From the NCBI GenBank assembly GCA_965237675.1, contig OZ250150.1:3840001-3904000 (forward strand): 64,000 nucleotides of DNA, read 5' to 3'. The DNA comes from Candidatus Latescibacterota bacterium. GTDB lineage: Bacteria; Latescibacterota; UBA2968; GCA-2709665. Of the stretch, positions 19,487 to 27,493 are shown piece after piece. The translations under genes and the position numbers were made by a program. The first letter of the stretch is position 1. Each line of letters opens with the position of its first letter. The notes below the pieces were generated by a model, which saw nothing but the letters and a program-made list of their open reading frames with translations, was not told the DNA's origin and did no database searches.

Positions 19487-21106
19487 ATGGATAGTGGGAC
19501 TACCCTGATTTACGATGGTATCATCGTCGGCGCCGGACATAACAGTCTGGTTTTACAGGCTTATCTCGGTCGGGCGGGGCTGAAGGTGCTGTGCATCGAG
19601 CGGCGCAACGTCGCGGGCGGAGCCCTGGTGACGATTGAAGACGCCGGGAATCCAGGTTTTCGGCACAATACGCATTCGTTCTACCATCGGGCGCTGAACC
19701 GGATGCCGTGGTACCACGACCTGGACCTCGAACGACACGGCGCGGTATATCTGGAGCCGGCATTGAACGTCGCTCTGTTGTCGGAGGACGGCGATGCACT
19801 CGAGTGGTGGACGGATTTTGAGAAGACGGTTGACTCCTTCGCACGGTTCAGCAACACGGACGCCGCCACATTGAGGCGGTGGCGGGATGCGTTTTTGCCC
19901 ATCGTGGAACGGATTCTCATTCCGGAAGCGCAGTCACCGCCGCTGGAGCCAGCCCGTCGGCGGGCTTTGCTCGAACGAAGCAGGGAGGGCCGATTGCTTC
20001 TGGAGGTCAGCCGACTGTCGCCCCTCGAATTTGTCCGCAAGGAATTCAGGCATCCGGTGATTCAGGCCGGATTGCTTTTTTTTAACGGTTTGCGTGAGGT
20101 GGATCTGCGCTGTCCGGGGTTCGGTCACCATGTTGCGGGTCTCCTGGCCAGTTCAGGCAAGGCGCAGATGTGCCGCGGCGGATCGGTCGCTTTGGCGCAG
20201 GCGCTCACAGCCGCGGTTGCGGAGAGCGGTGGTGACTTGCGCCTTCGGACAGTACCCAAACGGTTCATTCTGGAAGGAGACCGCGTTGTCGGGGTGGAGG
20301 CGACAACGGGTGAGTGTTTCAGAGCCCGGCATTTTGTCGCATCCGGATTGAATCCTCACCAGACGTTTCTGGACCTGCTGGAGGGGGATGCGCTTCCGAG
20401 GAATTGGCGAGACCGTGTGGACGCATTCAGGTACAATCTCGTCGCCCCGCTGTTTGCGCTGAATCTGAATTTGAATGAGCCGCCACGTTACGCTGCCGCC
20501 AGAACGCAACCGAATCTGGATAAGGCGTTTATGGTAATTTTGGGGTTGGATCACGTGGATCGGTACCTTGAGATGGTGGCATGCCATCAGAAGGGGAAAA
20601 AACCGCCGAACATTATGTGGGGCAGTTGTCCCACCCTTTTCGATGCTTCTCAGGCGCCGGAGGGAAAGCATACCGCGTTTATGTGGGAGAAGGCACCGTA
20701 CAGGCTGAATGGAGACCCCAAACAATGGGATTCGGAACGGGATCGGCTGGGAAAGGAGATGCTGGAGGTGTGGTGCCGATATGCGCCGAATCTGAAGGAG
20801 AACCTGATTTCGTGCTTCACGCGCAGCCCGCTGGACGTGGAGCGCACGTTTCCGAATATGCGGGAGGGGGATCTGTTGATTGGCGCATTCACGAACGGTC
20901 AGATCGGGTACAACCGACCGTTTCCGGGAGCCGGACATTACAGGACGCACCTGCGGGGACTGTTTCTGTGCGGGTCCTGTTGCCACCCTGGTGGCAACAT
21001 TACGGGACTGCCGGGCTACAACTGCGCACAGGTCATTCTGCGTGACCTCGGCATCGACGCAGATTGGACGCCTGAGCCGATTGAAAGGCAATTGGAGCGG
21101 ATATGA
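19487..21106 (+). CDS. FAD-dependent oxidoreductase, phytoene dehydrogenase-like
   Basis: VGAGHNSL, ERR..AGG, YRTHLRGLFLCGSCCHPGGNITGLPGYNCA. Confidence 0.88.
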   Translation: MDSGTTLIYDGIIVGAGHNSLVLQAYLGRAGLKVLCIERRNVAGGALVTIEDAGNPGFRHNTHSFYHRALNRMPWYHDLDLERHGAVYLEPALNVALLSEDGDALEWWTDFEKTVDSFARFSNTDAATLRRWRDAFLPIVERILIPEAQSPPLEPARRRALLERSREGRLLLEVSRLSPLEFVRKEFRHPVIQAGLLFFNGLREVDLRCPGFGHHVAGLLASSGKAQMCRGGSVALAQALTAAVAESGGDLRLRTVPKRFILEGDRVVGVEATTGECFRARHFVASGLNPHQTFLDLLEGDALPRNWRDRVDAFRYNLVAPLFALNLNLNEPPRYAAARTQPNLDKAFMVILGLDHVDRYLEMVACHQKGKKPPNIMWGSCPTLFDASQAPEGKHTAFMWEKAPYRLNGDPKQWDSERDRLGKEMLEVWCRYAPNLKENLISCFTRSPLDVERTFPNMREGDLLIGAFTNGQIGYNRPFPGAGHYRTHLRGLFLCGSCCHPGGNITGLPGYNCAQVILRDLGIDADWTPEPIERQLERI

Positions 21107-22221
21107 TTCCGCCGACCATATCTTATCTGACCGACATATATTTCGGATTCGGTGCCTCAGACATTCTACCGGACCTGCTATCCGATCTCAAGGTACGCCG
21201 GCCAATGCTGGTGACGGACCGGGGCCTGGCCAATTTGGGCATCGCGAAACGCGTAGGGCTCGGCAACGCGCCCGTTTACAGCGGTGTCAGGACCAATCCG
21301 TCGGAACAACAGGTCCTGGATGCGGTGGTTTTCTACCGGGCGGAGAGGTGCGACGGAATGGTTGCCGTGGGTGGCGGTTCATCCATAGACCTCGCGAAAT
21401 GCGCTGGAATTCTGATCCATCACGACGGACCCCTCGAGTCGTATGCGTTGCTTCGAGGTGGCACGAAACGGATCACCCTCCCTATCCCGCCGGTTGTCGG
21501 CGTGCCAACCACGGCCGGAAGCGGAAGTGAGGTGGGGAGAGCCGCACTGGTGACGTTGTATTCCGGTGACAAAGTGGGTTTTTTGAGCCCCTTGCTGACA
21601 CCCGTGGCGGCCGTATGCGACCCTGAGTTGACGCTGACGATGCCGCCATTTCTGAGCGTCGGCACGGGGATGGACGCTATTTCACACTGCGTGGAGGCCT
21701 TCTGCAGCCCGCGTTATAACCCCGTCGCGGATGCAATTGCGCTCGATGGACTGGAACGCGGGGGTCGTCATATTTTCAGCGTATTCCGGGATGGTGCCGA
21801 CCGGGAGGCCAGGGAGGGGATGATGATGTGCGCGTTGCAGGGCGGCCTGGCGTTTCAGAAAAGCCTGGGAGCCGTACACAGTTTGAGCCATCCATTGGGG
21901 TCATTGGACAAATCTTTGCATCACGGCACTCTGAATGGTCTGTTTCTTCCGGCCGTGTTGAGGTTCAACGCCAATTACTGTGTGGACAAATTCAACGCAA
22001 TGGCGCTGCGGCTGGGCCTGAAAAAGGGGTCCGATGTGGCAGACTACTTTGAGGAACTGAACAGGCAGTTGGGGTTGCCGTCGTGTCTATCCGAATTGGG
22101 GGTGACTCCCGAAGAACTGGAGCCGCTCGCGGTAAAGGCGGCGGCAGACCATTGCAGCCCAACGAACCCGAGGCCGTTGGATGAGGTCGCTTGTCGGAAT
22201 CTGTATCTGTCCGTTTTGTGA
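21103..22221 (+). CDS. Iron-containing alcohol dehydrogenase
   Basis: GGGSSID, PTTAGSGSE, DAISHCVE, HSLSH, HHG. Confidence 0.92.
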   Translation: MIPPTISYLTDIYFGFGASDILPDLLSDLKVRRPMLVTDRGLANLGIAKRVGLGNAPVYSGVRTNPSEQQVLDAVVFYRAERCDGMVAVGGGSSIDLAKCAGILIHHDGPLESYALLRGGTKRITLPIPPVVGVPTTAGSGSEVGRAALVTLYSGDKVGFLSPLLTPVAAVCDPELTLTMPPFLSVGTGMDAISHCVEAFCSPRYNPVADAIALDGLERGGRHIFSVFRDGADREAREGMMMCALQGGLAFQKSLGAVHSLSHPLGSLDKSLHHGTLNGLFLPAVLRFNANYCVDKFNAMALRLGLKKGSDVADYFEELNRQLGLPSCLSELGVTPEELEPLAVKAAADHCSPTNPRPLDEVACRNLYLSVL

Positions 22222-22230
22222 GGGGGTATT

Positions 22231-23082
22231 ATGGCTCGCTTCACGCAGCTGGAGGAAGTCGGCTTGAAAGAGGCATTCAATCGTGACGGCTTTCTGATAA
22301 TGAAAGGGTTCCTGGCGCCGGCCGTGCTTGAAGGGGTTCGCGACGAACTGAACGTCCTGGTTGACCGGGACGCGTCGAGGTTGATGGCCGCGGGCCGAAT
22401 AACGGAAGATTTCAGTGAGATACCCTTCGAGACCCGTATCGCACGCCTGTACGAGAACTGCATGGACGTGGCGCCGACGTCATACCGGCCCGAATTGCAT
22501 GGACCGAAGTTATTCGACCTGTTCTTTCATTCGCGCCTTCTGGACGTCGTACAATTGCTTCTGGGTTCCGAGATCAGATTGTATCCGAATTATACAGCGC
22601 GTCCGAAGTTTCCAGAGTGGAAGGGAACGCTGGTTCTGTGGCATCAGGACGGGGGATATACGGCGCAGGCCGCCGATGGCGTGGAGTCTCTGAAGATGGT
22701 AAACATTTGGGCGCCCCTCGTTCCCGCCAGAGAGGAGAACGGCTGTATGCAGTTTGTACCCGGCACGCACAAACTGGGTATCGTGCCGCACGAAAAGCGC
22801 GAGTATTACCTGGAGATTGCAAAAAAAGAGTTGGATTTACGTCTGGGACAAGCGGTGTCAATCGAAGTGGATCCCGGCGATGTCGTCCTGTTTCACAATC
22901 TGATGTTTCACTGCGGTCTGCCTAACAAGACCCGGACGGTCCGCTGGAGCATGGACTGGAGGTACCAGGACGCAACTCAACCCACGATGCGGCAGCAAAA
23001 GGGGCACCTGGCCAGGAGCAGAACGACGCCGGAGAACGTCGTCAGAAATCGGAAGGACTGGGCAGATCGGATATTTCAATAA
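22231..23082 (+). CDS. Phytanoyl-CoA dioxygenase (PhyH) family Fe(II)/2OG dioxygenase
   Basis: WHQD (HxD), ENGCMQFVPGTH, GDVVLFH..FHCG, RWSMDWRY. Confidence 0.9.
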   Translation: MARFTQLEEVGLKEAFNRDGFLIMKGFLAPAVLEGVRDELNVLVDRDASRLMAAGRITEDFSEIPFETRIARLYENCMDVAPTSYRPELHGPKLFDLFFHSRLLDVVQLLLGSEIRLYPNYTARPKFPEWKGTLVLWHQDGGYTAQAADGVESLKMVNIWAPLVPAREENGCMQFVPGTHKLGIVPHEKREYYLEIAKKELDLRLGQAVSIEVDPGDVVLFHNLMFHCGLPNKTRTVRWSMDWRYQDATQPTMRQQKGHLARSRTTPENVVRNRKDWADRIFQ

Positions 23083-23219
23083 GCTGTCCCGATGAACGCG
23101 CGACGGCATTTCACCGTCTTCCGATTGAACCGGGTGCCAATGTGGAAATCCGCCGGCCAGCATAAAATCAGGTAAACGATACGGGTTGGAACCGGGTCGG
23201 CGTGTTCACCCACCCGGAT

Positions 23220-24035
23220 CTATAGCCCCGAGAAGACCTGGTAGATCGACAAAGCAAAGCCGGCGCCGGTCACCAGGAGAAGGAGAAAGGCGACGACGAC
23301 GGTGAGGCGACCCTCGCGCCAGCGAGCATTTATCACAAGTAGCCGCGAGGCCAGCCATCCCCCGCCAAATCCGCCGAAGTGAGCCCAGTTGTTGACGCCG
23401 TGTACGAGAAAGCCGAATATGAAGAGCATGATGGCCCACTGCCAGACCTGACGCGTCATCAGGGTGGCAAGGTTGGTCTTCTGGCTTCGACCATAGACGA
23501 TGAGGGCGGCCAGGAGTCCGAAAATCGAGCCGGAGGCGCCAAGCGTCGGGTAACCGGATACGGTATTCGAGAGCAGAAACCCCGCAACGCCGCCGGTGGT
23601 AAAGATGATGAAATAACGCGACGGGCCGTAAAGATTGCCGACCTCAGGGCCCAGTTGCCGGATCCACAGCACGTTGAAGAGTATATGGAGCAACCCGCCG
23701 TGCAGGTAGATGGCCGTGAAGAGGGTCCACAACGGGGCGTTGCCGTATGTCATTCCCAGTGCGACCATCGCAAAACGACCGGGTGAAAGCATGTCGAAAA
23801 AGCCGCCTCTCAGTGTCAGTGCGGCATCCAGGTCCAGGAGCAAGCTGAGCACATAAAGGGCGATACACGCCGTGGGAATCAGCGTGAGAATGTCAATTTT
23901 CGATCCGAAGAGCCGGCTCAATGCGGGGCCGAATCCCCAAAGGCCCGGGCGGTAGGCGCCACAGTACGGACATTTTTTTTCTTCGCTGCTAATGAGATTG
24001 CGGCAGTCAGGGCAGACCATCGAGGTTGGAGGCAT
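23220..24035 (-). CDS. Rhomboid family intramembrane serine protease with N-terminal zinc ribbon
   Basis: CPDC...CPYC, YLHGGLLHILFN, GASGS (catalytic Ser), AHFGG (catalytic His). Confidence 0.92.
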   Translation of the reverse strand: MPPTSMVCPDCRNLISSEEKKCPYCGAYRPGLWGFGPALSRLFGSKIDILTLIPTACIALYVLSLLLDLDAALTLRGGFFDMLSPGRFAMVALGMTYGNAPLWTLFTAIYLHGGLLHILFNVLWIRQLGPEVGNLYGPSRYFIIFTTGGVAGFLLSNTVSGYPTLGASGSIFGLLAALIVYGRSQKTNLATLMTRQVWQWAIMLFIFGFLVHGVNNWAHFGGFGGGWLASRLLVINARWREGRLTVVVAFLLLLVTGAGFALSIYQVFSGL

Positions 24036-24821
24036 TTCGTCCCTCGGTTCGTAGGGTGGTCGTGGGTTTCGGAATCAGAGCGTGACATGATGTCACAACC
24101 GACTCTCCCCGCGTACCGGCGTTTCAGTTCTGTATGAGGAGTTTGCCCGCGTGCCGGGACGACAGTTCCCGCCAACATACACGTCGCCCACGCGGCACAG
24201 AGGGTTTCTATTCTGTGTCGACGGACTGTCCCCAGGTCTTGTCAGCCGCGGGTCGTTTGTACACCCGATGCTCAAGAATCAGCGAGAGTCCCGTCAGAAC
24301 CCGCTCCATATCGGATTGCGAGGTGTTTCCCATTGCGGCTATCCGGATGGCGGTATCACGCATCGGGCCGTATCCCGGTGCGAGTTGGACGTTTAACAGG
24401 GTCTTTACCGCATGGAGAAAGTTCGCCACCGGTACGGAACCGGGCATCCGGATGGTGGTGACCGTGGGGCTGCGAAATCCGGGTTGCGCAAGCAGAGCCA
24501 GACCGTGTTTTTTCGCCCAATCCCGTTGCATACGCGCGAGGTTCCGGTGCCGCACGAAACGGGTTTCCCCTTCATCCAGCATCTCCTCAAGGCGGGCAAC
24601 CAGACATCGCAACGTGAGGTCGGATACGGTCACAGGCGTCTGTGCGTGTGCAGCGCGGGAGTGCCACTCGATCAGATCCAGCACGTACCCGCGTCGCGTG
24701 ACGGCTCTTGCGGCTTGAAGCGCGCGTTCCGAGACGATCATCACCGAACCGATGGCGGGAATCGCAAAGTCCTTCTGGAGGCTCCAAAGATAATAGTCCG
24801 GTTGCATGGCGCCAATGTCTA

Positions 24822-26073
24822 GTGGTCGATTTCAGAAATAGGTATAATGTTGTCTGGAACCGGGTGTGTGCTTATAATAAGGTTGTCTCCCCGACCGCGT
24901 TGGGAGGTAACCGATGCCTGGACCGAAGCCGAAGTATCAACCCGAGTTTGAGACGGAGGAGATCGCAGAGGCTCGTAGGATTGCACGACAACGAACGGCA
25001 CCCAGCTCCCATGTTCACCGGGCCAAGATGGTCGTGATCTTGTCGGAGCATCCGGACATCTCGCACGAGAGGCTGGCTCAAGCCGTTGGGGTGCACCCGA
25101 GAACGGTGATGAAATGGCGAAAGCGCTGGTCGGTTGAGGGTTTTTCACTGTTGGATCAGCCTCGTAGTGGAAGACCCCCGGTTTTTCCCCCCCGAAAGCG
25201 TCGCTGAAATTAAGGCCATCGCCTGCCAATTGCCAGCCGTGCGGGAGATCCCGCTTTCCCGCTTCAGCCTCGCAGAGATGCTTCGGGAAATCCGTTCGGA
25301 GTCCACCGTGTCGATCTCCAGGAGCACGCTGTGGCGTCTCCTCAAACAGGACGCCATTCGTCCCTGGTTTCACCGATCCTGGATCTCTGTCAAGGATCCG
25401 CGCTTTCTGGAAAAAGCGGGCCCCGTTTTGGATCTGTATCAAGGTGATTATGAGGGCGTGCCACTGGGGCCCAAAGACTACGTCCTCAGTGCGGACGAGA
25501 AATCGCAGCTCCAGATCCTGGAGCGGGAGTTCCCGTGTTCACCGCCGGGACCGGGCAAACCCATTCACTGTGAGTCGGACTACAAGCGCCACGGGACCGT
25601 GGCCTACCTGGCCGCACTCGATATCAGAAGCGGAAAAATCTTTGGTCGTGTGGATCAAACCACGGGGATCGAACCCTTTCAGGCTCTGGTCGACCTCGTG
25701 ATGAAGCAGGAGCCGTATGCTTCGGCCGAACGCGTGTTCTGGATCCTCGACAATGGGGCTTCCCATCACCCGTCGACCTCCCCTGCGCGACTCCGGAAGG
25801 CTTACCCGAACCTGATCGCCATCCATCTTCCCGTCCACGCAAGCTGGCTCAACCAAATCGAGATCTACTTCTCTATCCTTCAAAGAAAGGCACTTACGCC
25901 CAACGACCTCGCAGACAGAAAGCAAATGGAAGACCGAATCCTCGGTTTTGAGCGCCGCTACAACCAAACTTCCAGACCCTTCAACTGGCGATTCACCCGC
26001 AACGACCTCGAAGAAAGGCTCCGCGAACTCAAAATCGCCGCCTAACTTGATACTAACTTCTGAAATCGACCAC
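24822..26073 (+). mobile_element. IS630-family insertion sequence (1252 bp) with TA target duplication
   Basis: Perfect 16-bp TIRs GTGGTCGATTTCAGAA (24822-24837 and 26058-26073), flanked by TA at 24820-21 and 26074-75 (CTAG target); carries a DDE transposase. Confidence 0.96.
24914..26045 (+). CDS. IS630 transposase in two overlapping frames (HTH ORF 24914-25207, DDE ORF ending 26045)
   Basis: HTH and PRSGRP in ORF1; SADEK, ILDN, SWLNQIE in ORF2; frames meet at TTTTTCCCCCCC (25182-25193). Confidence 0.92.
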
Positions 26074-26873
26074 TAGTTCAACCGCCCCGGCGATACTCAC
26101 ACCGTCGATGGCGACCAGCGTTTCGGGAGCCTGCAGGCGTGCATCCTCGCAAAGGGCGCCGACGGGGAGGGCGACCCCGGTAGCGGTTTCGTTGTGCGTG
26201 AGTAGCGCGATGTCGTAGCCACTCTGCAATGCGGCCCGCCATGTATCGGGTTCGACACCGTGTCCCCAGGGCACTCTCAGGAGGTCGATCGAGCGGCCAA
26301 GCCGCTCGAATACACATGCCCATCTGGCGGAGAACGCGCCCATATCGAGACCCAGCGCGCGATAGCAGGATGGTGTGTTGACGGCGATCATTTCCCAATT
26401 GTAGCTGCCGGAGTGTCCAAAGATGAGTGGCGTGAATCCTTCGGGAATGCGGAATGCCTCGCGGAGGAGGGTCACCGCCCGGGCGTATACGGTCTTGAAG
26501 TCTGTTGAGCGGTGGGAATAGGTTGCCCTGTAAGTACCCAGTACGCGTCCGACTGCCGGCGTGAGTGCGTGTGGTCCTGGTGTCCAGAGCGCGACATCCG
26601 GCAGGCGAAGGTGCTCGAATTCCTCGTTTCGTTCAGGGTTCATGCGAGCGCCTCGCCGGAGGGTAATCCATGGGGCATCGATCGTGCGTCTGAGCATCGG
26701 ATGTGTCCCTTCTCCACGGCACCTCACGCACGAGCCCGGGATCCAGAGACAGGTTGAAATGAACGGGTCTTCAGTTTCGGGGAGACATTCAACACGATTT
26801 CAACGACGTGTCGGTTCTTGGGTTTGAGAGTTCTGGCGCAAGGCAGGCGGCGTAGACGAAAGCCAATAAGAGC

Positions 26874-26901
26874 GCCCGTTAAACAGGCAGGTTTAACGGG
26901 C
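26874..26901 (-). terminator. Hairpin downstream of tRNA-Gly (probable terminator)
   Basis: Perfect 11-bp stem GCCCGTTAAAC/GTTTAACGGGC with a 6-nt loop; the U-tract is weak. Confidence 0.6.
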
Positions 26902-26917
26902 TTTCGTGTGCAGAAAA

Positions 26918-26993
26918 TGGAGCGGGAAACGGGACTCGAACCCGCGACCCCAACCTTGGCAAGGTTGTGCTCTACCAGCTGAGCTATTCCCGC
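26918..26993 (-). tRNA. tRNA-Gly(GCC)
   Basis: GCGGGAATAGCTCAGCTGGTAGAGCACAACCTTGCCAAGGTTGGGGTCGCGGGTTCGAGTCCCGTTTCCCGCTCCA; full cloverleaf, CCA encoded. Confidence 0.98.
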
Positions 26994-27024
26994 TCACAAT
27001 CCCCTGGATACCAGGTGAATTGGA

Positions 27025-27053
27025 AAAGTAAGTAATGGCCTGCGGGTTGTCAA
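27025..27053 (-). promoter_or_regulatory. Sigma70 promoter for tRNA-Gly
   Basis: Minus strand TTGACA-N17-TACTTT. Confidence 0.7.
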
Positions 27054-27189
27054 GGTATAATGCGTTTTTCGTTAGTCCGTACAGGAACGCGGATTCGCCT
27101 GAAAGGAATTTCGCGGTCAAGAGAGCCTGTGTCGTTTCCCGGGGCGGGCGAGTCAACCCCCGTTTCCGGCTGAGGAACACGTGTTTGAG

Positions 27190-27218
27190 TTGACATTCAG
27201 GGTCGCGGGGGCCATATT
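27190..27218 (+). promoter_or_regulatory. Sigma70 promoter upstream of the candidate ncRNA
   Basis: TTGACA-N17-CATATT. Confidence 0.7.
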
Positions 27219-27224
27219 GTAGAT

Positions 27225-27386
27225 TTCACCCCGCATGGGGTGTTATCAGTACCCGAATCCTGCGGGTATCGACGTCCTGAAGAAATTCAAAACGCGGCGA
27301 ATTCGGACATGGGGGACACGCGGTCTGGCCGCCGCTTAGACACCACAGGACCGGCGGTTCGTGTGGCTGAATCGATCCACGGGGCG
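27225..27386 (+). ncRNA. Candidate 6S-like rod-shaped RNA
   Basis: Six nested, co-linear helices pair the 5' and 3' halves around an A-rich central bubble; it begins just after a near-consensus promoter. Identity is not confirmed. Confidence 0.45.
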
Positions 27387-27493
27387 GACCAACGGATTGT
27401 AAGACGTATTGTGGTTTTACCAGAAACGCGTCGCCGATTTATGGAAATCTGATACGATGGATGCCGTCAGGCATCTGAATGGAGCATGGAGGA

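Larger units (their letters stand above)
24208..26643 (-). pseudogene. Class V PLP-dependent aminotransferase interrupted by IS630
   Basis: N-half 26643-26074 (TPGP, SHRS..F, HNETATGV, DGVS) and C-half 24819-24208 (WSLQK, RIAAMG). Removing the IS and one TA restores ...GAVELDIGAMQPDYYLWSLQK in frame. Confidence 0.92.

Noticed and set aside
24819-25442. Antisense ORF inside the IS630
   Set aside because: No RBS or motif; it is a shadow of the transposase.
26690-26870. Possible glycine riboswitch or leader for the aminotransferase (GTTGAAAT/ATTTCAAC stem)
   Set aside because: The GGAGA...CCGAAG...CTCTCAGG core is not present on the minus strand.
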